Positions 13,390-26,099 of a stretch of 64,000 nt of DNA are shown here, one piece after another. This DNA comes from Ascidiella aspersa. Lineage: Eukaryota. Numbering within the stretch: position 1 is the first letter of the stretch; each line of letters opens with the position of its first letter. Under the pieces are notes generated by a model. The model made no database searches. It saw only the letters and a program-made list of their open reading frames with translations, and was not told the origin of the DNA. Where the stretch lies: NCBI GenBank assembly GCA_963924565.1, contig OZ004614.1, positions 3,100,001-3,164,000 on the forward strand, read 5' to 3'. The position numbers were made by a program, and so were the translations under genes.

Positions 13390-13710
13390 CATGGTTTCTT
13401 AAACTGGGGTCCATGCAACCCTGGGGGCCCGTGAACTAGTTTTAGGGTTCCATAGAGGCCCAATTAAAATATTAGTGTATACTTCGGACATAATCAAGTT
13501 TTCAAATAAAATAGTTAAATTAAAAATAAAACAGTTTTGCACTGAATGCATTTAGACTCAATTTCTCTTTCACATTTTTGGACCGAAATCAGCAGATTTC
13601 TGAAGTCTATTTGTATTGTGAAGTCAACTTATGACGTCACATTTTTGCCTACCGTGGTCCACATGAAGAAAACAATTTTAGGGGTGCGCGGTAAAAAAGT
13701 TTAAGAACCA
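13390..13710 (+). mobile_element. Non-autonomous hAT (Charlie-like) MITE, family H1
   Basis: Termini CATGGTTTCTTAAACT ... AGTTTAAGAACCA resemble CAGTGGTTCTYAAACT-type hAT TIRs. Flanks GCCTAAAC / TTTTAAAC. Colinear copy at 50036-50326, fragments at ~14890-14955 and ~21683-21736. Confidence 0.75.
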
Positions 13711-13856
13711 TTTTAAACTAGTTTTGCTTTGTTTATAGTCTAATATGTACACAAAAAGCTACAAGTTGCAAAATTTTTTGTGCACTTTGGCAAACCTTTT
13801 GTTTCATGAAATGTTTACCCTGGTCTGAAATTTTCATTCAATTTGGAACTTAGAAA

Positions 13857-13935
13857 AATACACCTGATGAAGCACGGTTGTGCGAAAGCTCGTCAACTTA
13901 AAAATACAATTTGTCAACAGTGTCACTTGTTTTCA
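13857..13935 (+). ncRNA. Minimal hammerhead ribozyme motif, family B (Penelope/retrozyme-type)
   Basis: CUGAUGA (13864-13870), A, stem II GCAC-GGUU-GUGC, GAAA, GC, UC. Palindromic AGCU stem III region. The 28-nt core is identical to the minus-strand copy at 54624-54651 and the downstream AATACAATTTGTC..AGTG.CACTTG is shared. Stem I is only 2 bp. Confidence 0.7.
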
Positions 13936-15049
13936 GGTTTACAAAAGAAAACAACTTTATATATTTTTTAAACTTTTTTTTTTTTTGAAAAAGTACAAGA
14001 ATACTGTTACGGCTACGCAAATAATTTATTTACTGTAAATTAAATAATGTTTATTTAAGTCAACATGAAATTTGAGATGAAGTTGATATACTGAGTTAAA
14101 CTTTCAATAAGTTCAACTTAAAAAATTCTTTGTTTATGGCAAAAAATTTAGTTGATCATTGAGAAAATGTTTTCTTAAAAGATCAGAAACCTTACGAATT
14201 GTACACAAAATGACTTTTTTTTATATAATTTTTAGTAACATTTGGTTAATTTACGGAATTCCTACTTGTATAACAGTTTGAACTGAATATGATTTTTTTT
14301 TTAATTAAAAATATTGCTACGGATTTTGACGAGGTTAACAACTAAGTTTTTTGATGCAAATGACGTGACTTTAAATTTAACGACAAAGGACTGAGACCCG
14401 ATTTTTACATTACTTCAAAGTGACTTGAATAGGACTTAAGTCATTTCAAACTGTCTGATTTACAATACTGCTAATCCATCGTTACCTAACGCGTACCTCA
14501 GCCCGAAATAGCTACAAACAACATTTCGAGGAAAAGGCCAAGGCGTTCGAAATACCCTTTACATTCCTCTATAGCGCTGCCGGAAAGCGCACCGTAAATA
14601 TTGATACAGCGATTTCAGGGACTTATGCGATTTTTCGCCTGTAATCTGCCGTAACACCCAAACCCGAGACACAAGTGCGTTTTCGCCTCCCCCTGGATAA
14701 AGCCATCATTCGTCGCCATCCAATATCGTTCAACTCGAGGCGGCGAATGTTTTATCCGTTTGTAGCGGTGTTTTTTTTAAGGTGGGCAATCTTAGGGAAC
14801 CCGTAACACAGCGCATTGCAACTTTTTCTAAAATCATAAAACAAGAAAACCTAAAGCAACCTGCTGTTTTCGAATGAAACTAGCCTAAAGCGGGGGTTCT
14901 TATACTTTTTTTTTACCGCACACCCCTAAAAATATTTTTTGCTTTGCATAGACCTATGTCAACAATACATATATATTTTTTTTTTGCTGATTGTTAATTT
15001 TTACATTTTGAAAGCCGTAGTTCATGAATCCCAAGCTTGTACTGGCAAA

Positions 15050-15501
15050 CACGAAGCGTAAGTATTTCAGCAAAGATTTGGCGACCCAAGTATATCAACT
15101 GATTTCACAAGAAGATATTTCAGCTTAAAAATATTAGAATTTAATTAATACGAAAGATATTTTCCTATTGCCTCCGCACTTTCCTCAAATTTGAAGAAAC
15201 TTTGTTCACAACCAAACTGAATAAACTTAACCATATAAAACTACTGCAGTCGGCTACCCAAGCAAATCAAACTGTGGCCACACAATTTTAGGTTGTGCCC
15301 AATTGGTTGAGAAACACTGTATATTGGCCAATAACAGTTACAGGGTGGCTCAGGTGTGGCACGTTCAAAATCTTGTATTGGAGAAGATCTTTTGCAGAAG
15401 AAATATCAATAAATTTAACCATATATTAAAGTAATGCAGTCGACGACCCAAGCAAATCTAACGGCGGCCAAATTTGTCACGAACCATTGGTTGAAAAGCA
15501 C
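15050..15501 (+). mobile_element. hAT-like MITE family H2: one copy ending GAGAAACACTG (15319) plus a partial 3' duplicate (~15375-15501)
   Basis: AACCATAT..A..TA.TGCAGTCG...ACCCAAGCAAATC.AAC.G.GGCCA..TTGGTTGA.AA.CAC occurs twice here and matches 41414-41732 and 47601-47696 (minus). Confidence 0.7.
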
Positions 15502-18500
15502 GTCTGGGTGATTTTTTAACTTCTTTTCGCCCCATTTCCCATAAAAAGCGAACGCCCCGTTTAATGCAAGACTGGTGCCTTATTCATAGTCGGTTTTGTT
15601 GAAATGTCCGCTCAATAAAAATTGGTTTTCGCTGCTTTGGTCGGATACGAGGCGGAATAAAGCTACAAATCCGTCTAAAACTTAACTTGATATGATGATA
15701 GAAGTGACACCTCTACTTTGCTAGGATTTACGAAGTGCTGTGTGTTTGCTGCACATATAATCAATTGACAAAAGCAGCCAAGTTTTTTCTTTGTCCACTC
15801 AAAACCCATTCAACAAAATAGTTCATTTTTGTAAATATTTACAACACAAACAAAACTGACTGATTTGCCCCGTTGTATGCATCAATGATAAAAATAATTA
15901 ATTAAAAGAATATGTGATTTTTTACCCTTAAAATAATGTGAAAAATATTGGAAGTCTTATAAAATATGTTTTGGTGTTAATTTATCGCGCTCACAATAAT
16001 TATAACGTCAAACTTATTTATTTTGTTGTTATTTTGTGTTTTGTTCTCATTTTAGCTTTGTGTTTTTGTTCTCTTTTTTTTTACAAAAAAATAGTAAAAA
16101 CAATTGGGTCGCAGCTTTGCTGATATAGTTACGCCTAGTATTTGGGTGGCCGCGAAAAAGTGTAAAGAAACACTTCTTAGCCATGCTTAAAGCCTTTTAA
16201 AAGCCCTGGATCAGTTACGGAATATCATTGGGTTCAGGAAAATTTCAAACGTTACTTTCGTTGAAGATTTACCAAACAAAAACATCGCTTCTACACGTCA
16301 ACACAAGAAAGACCACATTTTAACCTTTAATTAAAGGAGTAATAGACAAGGCTTATATCGTAATACGTGTCACAAAATTGGCAAATCTCTATTTTAACGC
16401 TAGAAAGACCACACAACAACCTAAACGACCTTGTAATACGTGTAACAAAATTGGCAAGCACAGGTCATTTACGCTCATGTGAAACACACCTGAACGAAAT
16501 GGCCTTTAAACGAAAAATATTCTGCCGAGATAAGTAAAAATGTCCGTGTATGAAAAAGGCCTTGGTGGCCTATTTTTGGCCTCCAAAATGCGGTCAGCTA
16601 TTTCTACTCAGCCGATATTGGGCTAGTTTTACTTTCCAAAAAAATCTTTTGACTGTTGAAACAGAAGTAAAATAGAGCAAATTGGAAAAAATGTTTGTTG
16701 CTCATGAAAATAGCCTTGCAAAGTGCTTTTATTTCACATTGTTTTTTATTGCATTCCAATATTTTGGACAAAACATATTACGGTGCGATGCGATACCTAA
16801 TGACGTCATTACTATGCGAAAACAAGCCTAATAGAAAAAATCTTGTGGTGGAAAACTGTAAAAATTTGGAAGTTTTTAGTTGGGACCGCTTTTGGAAATG
16901 TCCAGTATGGCAAACATAAACTTATCACAATACCGACGCTAAAAAAATATTTGTGCAATTGTGAATACACATATCATCATCATTAGCATAGCAGTAAAAT
17001 CCATTATGGTTTTAAATAAACTGTTTCGACCTTTATACACGGCTTCCGGGCTTTATAATTTTTCTTCGAATCTCCGTCATGCCTCGTTACCCCCAGGCGC
17101 ATGTAAATATACGGGTTTCGGGTTAAATCGCTTCCAGAGGCGCATTACGTAAACAACCAACTTGTGTGTTCCCGCTAATAACCCTCCACTCCGCAAGTTT
17201 ACAAATATCCTTGCTGCAGCTTCAACCGCGCCGAAGCGCGATTCCAAGAACGCAAGTGCGAAATTGCACATAACAAAATTGCACTTAAGGCTAGCGTAAG
17301 GAGACATACCCGATGACAAGGTTAAGCGCAGAATTTATTTTTAGGCAGTTTAATTAGGAAATATCCAATAATATCGGATCGGAGCCGATACGCCATACTA
17401 AGACCGACATGAAACCTAATTTACAAAATTGCGTGGCTATATCAAGTTTCTTTTTGTTTAACACACATTAAAATAGTAAAAAAAAACTTATTTTGGATAT
17501 GAGTCAAAAATTAGCTTCAAGGAGTATTTTTCAGTATGTAGCCCAATTCTGTAGTTGCGCACAATTACATTAAATCGTTCAATTTTACGGGCTCGCGTTA
17601 CACCATTCACGCATCGTCAAATGCACAACTTCACACCACGAAGCAAGAGATAGCCGCAAAAAGTCGCCAAAAAACGACTTTGCAACAGATAAAAACGTCC
17701 TGAAAACCGCGGCAGTCTAACGTAAAGATGTAAGTGGCTTAAACCGGCTCAAAATTGGGTGTTGTGGCGCTCTTGGGCAACTTGCTGGCTTGCAAATCAA
17801 CATTTTAGGGAAAAATGCATCTATTATATCAAAATGCTGTGGGTTGAAGAATTTTTGCTGTTTTGTGCGGTCCTTTATACTTCATAAAAACGTCAAGCCC
17901 TCGTCATAAAAACATATAGTAAGCAAATTGTTTCATGTGCAAAACGTAAAAAAAAATATAATCTTCTTTTTCGAATAAAGTCATTTGTTCAAACGAGGTA
18001 AGTCAAGTCAAGTCATTTTAAAAACAGTTACACGCAAGCATTTTAGCCTTAAATACGCACTATCCTTTACAAATTAGTAATATTGAGACATTTCCAAATA
18101 GTTTGTCGTGTGTTAAGAGCGATTGTAAAAATACTTTATTGCTGTTCTGTTTAAAGTGTGACGCGAGGTAAAAAAATTGAGAACCACTGGAATGAAGTCA
18201 TTACAACACGGTCGATAACCACCGACCTACACCGACATAAAGTACACCAGGGTCACAAGCAAGCAAAACGAGTTGCAGCAAACAACGTGGTCCTTATGTG
18301 TAATTACAAGCTGCAGGAATTCGCCGGGTCAACCAGCCAACTTGCAGCAGACCCCATTCGCATATTCCCACCAAGCACGCCGCTCATTAAAACCGTGCTC
18401 CGCGGCGCAAAGCCCCAATTATTACGTCACAGTGGCTCGTGTGAGCGAACACAAGGACACGGAATGAGAAAGAGAAATGCGACTTTCAAAATTTTGACAG

Positions 18501-20849
18501 CAGGTGACTGTTTTGCAGCAAAGGGTACCTTTCGGGAACCAGCACCGGTTAATTATTGCGCGGTTGTAAAACGGCAGTTCTAATAACGAGCGCTTGTGGC
18601 TGTGCATGTCACCGCTGCCTCTACACCCGAGTGCCATCGCCCTGTGTTTGCATAGCGAAGTTGCTGTTTGATCTACTGTGTTTGAGCTGTGCATGCGGGG
18701 ACACTGCCCTGCAAATCGCATTGTTTGCGTGTTTGCTTAGCGCTGCACCCGCTAAATGCGATTATAAACCAAGCGAAAAAAGCTCACTGCCTATCCACCG
18801 ATACCTCGACTTGTCTTCACGGCCACGAATAGGCTCCGATTCAGTTTTTTTTTTCGGTGCAATGCATTTTTTACAGATGACGTAACTCTGTGACAAAACG
18901 TGACGTCATAAGTGTTACAAAACGAGACATAATAAATAGTTATCCCTAAGAACACCATACAGTTCGCTAATTTTGTTAAATTTAAGGTTGGAGAGCTGTT
19001 ACTTTCAACACAAAAGATATACATTATAAAGATGTTATCGATTCTCGCAAAGCTCAACAAACACCTTTATATTGTTGGCAAAACCTTCGTTTTCGAGGGT
19101 GAAAATGAGTAATACGACGTACTAGGCTAAAACAAATTGATCAAAAAAGGACATGCTAGAAACCCAATTCAGATTGGCGCGAAGCTCTAAAAGCCCTTGC
19201 ATCTAGGAACAGTTTTATCATAGACGAAAATACAGTTAGGTTATTGGCAAGTGAACCCCAAGAACATATGCCCTACACAAAATACAAAACTTGTGGCGAT
19301 AATCAATCCTAAACGCAACAGAACTATAGTCGGAAAAAGCCCGTTTTCAATTTGTTTGTGCAAGATAAGAAAATAACAACGCAAGCTGATTTTTTTAATC
19401 AAAGCAAACCAACGATTAAAAAGTGCAGAGGCACTTCCTAATTGGCCATATAAACTGGCCTTTTGGGGGAACCACACTGGGTAATCAGTTATTTAACACA
19501 GATAGAATTGTTTACTTGGTCATCAAAAAACGCTGCGCTATCACACATAAGTTAAACCCGACAACCTCGGTTGTACTTTGCCCCCAGCGTATATGGAAAC
19601 GTTTTCTGCCCTTTATAGTTGAATAAACACAAGTTGCTGCAGTATGCACAATTTCGTTGGAATGTCGATAAACGCGGATTGTTTGCAACAAATTTACGGC
19701 GATATCTCATAGATTTGGAAAATTAAACTACTTTATTTTGATCTTCTGAAAACTTTGGCAGTTGAATTGTTTTTAATTTTTGTCATTTTAGTTTTAAAGT
19801 ATTGATTCTCTAAGTTCTTTAACCTAAAAAAACAGTCAGGCCCCACCAGAGCTACAAAGCGCCATAAGGATATGGTTTTGTCTATCTGCACATAAACAAC
19901 TTTGGGAACCACTGGTTTAAAGTGACGACAGTATAATTGTTCAAGCATTCGTGAGGCTGCTTAATTAAAAGCAAAAATATAGTATACGCAAAAATAAAAC
20001 TGTGGCGTTGTAGGTGTGGATACAAGCTCTAGAGTTCGAGTTCTGTGTACATTTTGTAAAGGACCAATGCATTAAAAAATCGCAGCTAGAGATAAATTAA
20101 AATATGGACAGCAGTACTTCTGCTAAAAAGATCAACAGCATCAAACGCACGTTGCAGGAGCAAACACTAGAAACAAATCTATAAATTCGCATGTCGCACA
20201 AGCATTTGTAGGGATACATTACAAACAAACGACAAGCCTAGGGGGCATAAACAGATGTAGCAATCATCACATTTCGAGCGCGCCAAAAGCACCTTTAGGT
20301 TTCATCCGACCGCGGTTCCACATTCGAAACAAACATACATTTTCATGTATTTTTAACAAGGAAAACTCAAAGTTTAAAAACCAGTGTAAAAGCTAGGATC
20401 GGACTTTGTTAAAAGGAATACATTTCCCGAAAATGGCTTCTTAAATTACTGAATTTGCACTAAAATGTATGCATAGAAAAGTTAAAGATGACAAATTTTA
20501 AACTTTTAAACCCGTCAGCAGAGTAGTGATCTACAAGCAGAAACTGCTGACAATGTTTTTTAAATTCAGCAAAGATACACCCTTGTATGTATTTTAAGTA
20601 ACGCTATGATTGTACAACGATTTAAAAGTGAAATGCTGACATTTCGGTCATATTTAACAAATATTACGCACTTACTTGAAAATAGAAGCGGTTGAAATCG
20701 CCTATTGACGTGCGGTTTAAAGCCGCGAAAATGGCCCATTGTCTGTGGTTTCGACGTTCCTTTTTGACCTTACTATAAACAACTATACCGCAGTATGGCA
20801 TGTACAGCATTTTGTACACTCAATAAATGCAATACGAGATACAATAAAC

Positions 20850-21118
20850 TCGGGGTGGGCAATTTTGTTTTGACCGAGGGCCGAAAATATACATACTAGG
20901 AAGTTCAAACCTTATAGAAATGTTGCTAAAATAGCGTTGTTTTGGCAAGTTGCTAAGCGTAGGTGTAGATGAGGATGCCTTACTAAAGCAATGTATTCAA
21001 TAAATATTCTAACAAGAAAAACACGTAAGGCCTAATTTGCATGAAAAAGTTGAATTCCGCGCGCCGGATAACATTGCTTGGCGGGTCTGATCTTTCCGGC
21101 GGACGGTAGTTTGCCCAT
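20850..21118 (+). mobile_element. Degenerate hAT-like MITE
   Basis: Ends GGGGTGGGCAA ... TTGCCCA, with GC-rich GGGCCG/GCGGG subterminal motifs typical of non-autonomous hAT elements. Confidence 0.5.
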
Positions 21119-22789
21119 AGTTATGCACAACCATTTACACACATGAAGCATGAATTCCGTACGAGATATGCTACATATTGAAGCCCCTGATAGAACAAAA
21201 CTAGAGTTTTACAAATATGCTATGTTTCATTTTTTTAGTAGGGCAACATTTTTACAAGTGTCTTTGTTATCTGTCTTTATTATGGTACAATCCATTACCA
21301 TACAACCACGGCCGCCGGTTTTCAACTTTAAAACTTTTAAATATACAGGCAAAATATACCATTGTTGACTGGATGGTCTGGTTTAAACCGGCGAATCTTG
21401 TTTATGTGGTTTGAAAGCTTTCCGTTGGGAGTTATACTGAGATCTAAAGTTACGAGCGAAAATTTCCTGCGGCACACAAAACAGCTGCAAACTGTGCAGG
21501 AAGTTCGGCGATCATTTTTGTAAAATGCAGCAATTTTAGCTTTGTTTTTAATTTTCATTTTGCTTTTTCGATAAAATAAAATTAGATTAACCGAATATAA
21601 AACTAAACTATTTATAGACAAAAATAGCGATTCCCAAAATGGCTTTTTACGTGAGAAAAAAAGACCGTTTACCACTTAAAAAAAACTAGTTCTCGTAAAC
21701 CCAAGAGGTCTATGGACCCCAGTTTAAGAACCCCTGGCCTAAGTGCTAAAAGCTTGGTGCCAGCGAACGTTGAACAATTTAGATCACTTCCTGCCCCTTA
21801 AAACGCGTGCTCTGCACATATTTGACCTCTTAAGTCAATACCATTGTGACGGTGAGGCACGTCACAACAACAAGCATTGTTGTGTCACAACTGAAAGATC
21901 AAACGCTGCGGGTATTTGTTTGTAACCCCCCAACTTTGTGATCTGTTAAAATGAAAGGCGTACAACTCTAATACAGGAAACGACTTAATTAGCCCCGAAG
22001 TTGTGGTATAAACCCATAAAACGGCATTTAATTCTGCTGTTGTGAGCAGATAAAAGTGTGTTCTCACTCGTAAACAACGATTAGATCTACTTGTAATTTA
22101 ACGCTCGGGCGAAGGGGATATTTCTATTGGTTTATTTAAAATGGTGCATGATATTCCTCCAACTGTCATAACAGGGTTGCTATTTATGGCAACCCTGTAC
22201 CGCCACACTTTTCAATTTCGATTGTCGTGGTTATATTTACAACCACCCTGTTAAAAACAGAATTGCCACTTTTCGACCTTCCTTTGTTATCTGGAGTTAT
22301 TTCGTAAAGCAGCAAATATCAACAACACGCGATGTTTCATTTGGTCGCAATTTATGGCCCATGAAAACAGTCACTCCTACTTTTCATCCTTTTTCGGCCA
22401 TTTTTAGGGGAAAAAAGATCTTCTTGAGGAAAAAGGGTTGAAAAGTTAGGGCGATTGCTTATAAAAGTGGCAATTTAAACAAAATGAAAAGGTTTTGAAG
22501 AAAGGGGTTATATTATGTGTTTACTAAATCTGTTTTTAGGGTTTTGTATACAGGTTGCGTAGCCGTACAGCAAAATAAATTTTCTATTACAAACAAACAT
22601 GTAAATAAAGATTTTCGAAATTCACAAACTGTGCATGTCAATAAAACATTTCCAAGAGCGTCGCAAAAAAAATAAAAACCACTTTATAACACAGTTGTCC
22701 GTTTAAAATCTTCTAAACTGCTAACCTTTGGGGGCTGTAGAATCAAAAGCCATACAGTAATAATTTGTGAGCGGCTCGAGTGATTCTTT

Positions 22790-23265
22790 ATTAATTTTTA
22801 ACATGTAGTATTTCTGTTTGGGCTTTGAAATTCCTACAACGTTTAACTATAACCTCCACTCTTTATGCTCCAAAGGTACTATATAGGCGGTCTTTTTAAA
22901 AAGGACCCTTGTAAACAATATTTGGTTTGTTTTCGCGTCAAAGTTCGGTTCAAAAATAGGTGACACATTTTAAACAATTATAGTATTTTTTTATTTATTC
23001 CAAACATGTACTATACTTCTGGATCATAATGGTTGGAGGTTGTAGTAAGAATATCAAACCCATACAGAAGTAGGTATCATTTTGAACGTTTTGAACAACT
23101 CTTTAACTCTTTATTCATTTTCAACATAGTGAGACGCACTGATTCAAAATTATTGCAATTGCTGTTGCGTATTACTACAACCTCCGCCTATAATTCAAAG
23201 ATACTATAGGCGGTCTTTTTAAAAGGTTCCCCGTAAGCACGATTTAGTTTGTTTTCGCGTAAAAG
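22790..23265. mobile_element. Two copies of the abundant foldback MITE family F within a ~325-bp local duplication
   Basis: Plus arm GGATCATAATGGTTGGAGGTTGTAGTAAGAATATCAAACCCATACAGAAGTAGGTATCATTTTGAACG..TTTATTCATTTTCAACAT at 23021-23127. Minus-arm ends ACTA.AACCTCC..CAAAG followed by the same flank TACTATAGGCGGTCTTTTTAAAAGG..GTTTGTTTTCGCGT at ~22846-22943 and ~23174-23265. Confidence 0.75.
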
Positions 23266-23945
23266 GGCGAGGTGTTAGTCGGGTCGGCGCCGGAACCTGA
23301 TGCGCAGTAAAACGGTTGTCATGGCGATCTAATTGCCCCAAAGTGGGTGGCCACAAATTAAGGGAGGCCATTGAAGCAAACTCGGAAAACTAGATAATTG
23401 CACTTAAGAATCAGAGTAAAATGGGACTTATTCTGCTTGTGTGCTCTAATTCTACAGTTCTGTTCCAATTCTGATTTTACGACTTTGTGCAACGCATTTT
23501 TAGTCCTCAGTCAGAACAAGAAATTTGAATTAATACTCTCTAGTCGGAACGACTTGTGTGATGACTATAAAGATTTGCGATCGCCGGCCGGTTATAAAAT
23601 TTTGTGTCGTAGTTCATAACTTGATTATTATCTTTAAACGAAGAAAATATAAATGAACATGAAACAAAACTGTAGCGGGCCTGAATAAAATGCCGCTCAA
23701 TTTAAAATTTTACGAGAATTTAGATTGGAACTGTATCCGACAACATTTTAACTTATAGAGTTTACCTTTATTAAGGAAAGAAGTCTCGGTTCAGTAGAGA
23801 TAACAATGCGGCCTAGATTTGGCCCGTGGTTTGTGGACCCCTTGTTTAGAGTCACACTATGGACGGTGGCGTAACTTTTACAATATTGCGACTTCTGCTT
23901 TTTACTGTGGTTTTTAAACGTTTTAGCAAATATTGTTGATGTGGC

Positions 23946-24079
23946 TTGATAATAAATTGCAAAGCCAAAAAGCTCGAGTAATTCGACAGCATCTTGATTA
24001 AGACGTTTCGATACGAGCTTGTATCATCTTCAGTTAAAGTGATTTACCCGACCTTTTTGGCTCTGCAATTTATTATCAA
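23946..24079 (-). ncRNA. Intact minimal hammerhead ribozyme, family A, bracketed by 38-bp inverted repeats
   Basis: Minus strand: UUAA-CUGAAGA(24033-24027)-U-GAUAC-AAGCUC-GUAUC-GAAA-CG-UC^UUAA. All core nucleotides present, 5-bp stem II, 4-bp stem I, palindromic ACGU stem III, GUC triplet with predicted cut between 24002 and 24001. Arms 23946-23983 and 24042-24079 match at 34/38 as an inverted repeat. Confidence 0.85.
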
Positions 24080-26099
24080 AAATTGTTGATGTTGAAATCT
24101 ACAAATCATTGCAGCTGTGTATACAGTTGACTTTCGCTTTTGGTAAACGATAAGCCCCAGAAAATCAAGTGGTCGCATAAACTGGTCGAAGTAAAATGAA
24201 AGTAAGTTCATTTAAATGATAGGAAGTACATTTGTAATGGGATAATTCGTATTACCCTAAAAACGAAAGTAATTGACTTATTTTGGGACACTCATGTTGT
24301 CACTGGGAACATATACGTACGTAGGAAAACAAATAAAAGAGTAAATCTAGATGTTGGTTTTAGTTTTGATGTTTAGAAAACGTCTCTAAACAAGCACCAT
24401 TATTCTACAGTTTCTTTGTATGTTTCATCACAAGTTGTTGAATTTATTTTGTAGCAACACCGAAGGCGGAATAAAGCTAAAACCTAGCCAAGTGCAAAAC
24501 AGGTTTTGTTTCTGCTTGTTTTGGTTTCGTGTTGTTTGTGTGCTTTATAACAACGTACATTCTCGTGTTATTTGTTCCTAACCAACTGTTGAAGTTAATA
24601 ATTCACCATTGACAAAAAAGTGTTATTTTGCTAGCAACCAACTAGACTTATTACAGCACAAATGACGACCGTTATTTCAACCTAAAGGCCCTGGTTATCA
24701 TTGGATAAGAAGGCCGATAAATCCAGTTATTAGTGTGATTTTAGGGGAATCATTAACTTGTGTGAATTATTGTTTCTTTGTGCACCTAAAATCCACCAAA
24801 ACGGGAGCGATGTAAAAACAGAAGAGTGTGCGAACCATATTTCTAGTAAGGCGTAAGGAAAAAACAGTAAGGAAAAAGCGGAAACAACTTGAAAAACAAG
24901 CACAACCCAAGGCTGTTGGTCTGTCGTAAATTCAAACTAAATATAATAGGAATATCAAGCCCATACACATTATGCTCCAAAACTAAACGTAACTTAAAAC
25001 TAAATGGAAAATAAAATACATAAAATTTAAATCTAAACATAGTTTTCATATTAAAAAAACGCCCTAATGTACCGTTTTCCCGAATTTTTCCACTTCCTCA
25101 AGACATGTAATTTTTTTGGCCATAAAAGTAGCCACAAAAAACGGGAAAACGTTTAAAAGCAGAGGATTCAACTTCTAGTGACGCGCAAACAGTCAGGGGC
25201 AAGGTAAAACAACTTAAACAAGCAAGTCAACAAGGGGACGAACTAGTCGTGGGCATTTAAAGCGCCCTGAAGAGCGGGTACAATGCGGTGCCAAGCGACG
25301 ATTACTACGACGGGGGGGAGGGAAGAATGTGGGCTTCTCACTGCAAATACGGGCCGATATAATCGCTGCAAAGGCCACCTCAAAAAGAGCCAGGCCCACT
25401 TTTTCAAACATGCATGTGCGCAAATTCCCTGCTTTGAAATATAGTTTTTCGTTTTATTTTTGTAATATTGTTTCAAATCCTTTGCAACGTAAACTTAAAT
25501 CAGAGTTCAATATGTATGAGCGGTGTTTGTTTTCAAGTGATTTTTTGTTTAATAATATTGTGCAGAATAATTTCAGTCGTAAATATTGCATAATCTGGAA
25601 CGTTTATTTAGAAAATCTTGCATTTTTGCCTAAGTTCGTTTTGTACGCTAATTTTGTACCGCAAAGACCTGTAATCAAGGTGTTAAAAAAGAAAACAAGG
25701 AGTAGGGCTTTTTAACAACACACATGTGCGAATTTAGTCAACTTACGCCTATATTTTAGCCATAAAATCAGTTTGCCGTCCAAATTTTCGCGGAGAAAAG
25801 GTTAATATAAGTGAGAATCAAATTCATAAAAGCACGATCATGGGGTTTAAAAATAAGGTTTAAAAAACTTTATCAGAACGATAAGTGTTCCGTCCTTTTT
25901 TTGCTCAGAAGGTTAAATTGTCGTAAGAACTGATTTGATTATAACACAAAAAACTAGAAGGACATGGGATTAGTTTTCTCTTATAGTCATGCCTGTACAA
26001 CTGTACATTTTCACCTCAAGCTTGTATTTTTGCTTTAAAATAAAGTTTTCCACGTTATTCTTTAACCGCAACGTTAACAACAGTTTTGAATCGCAAAAT

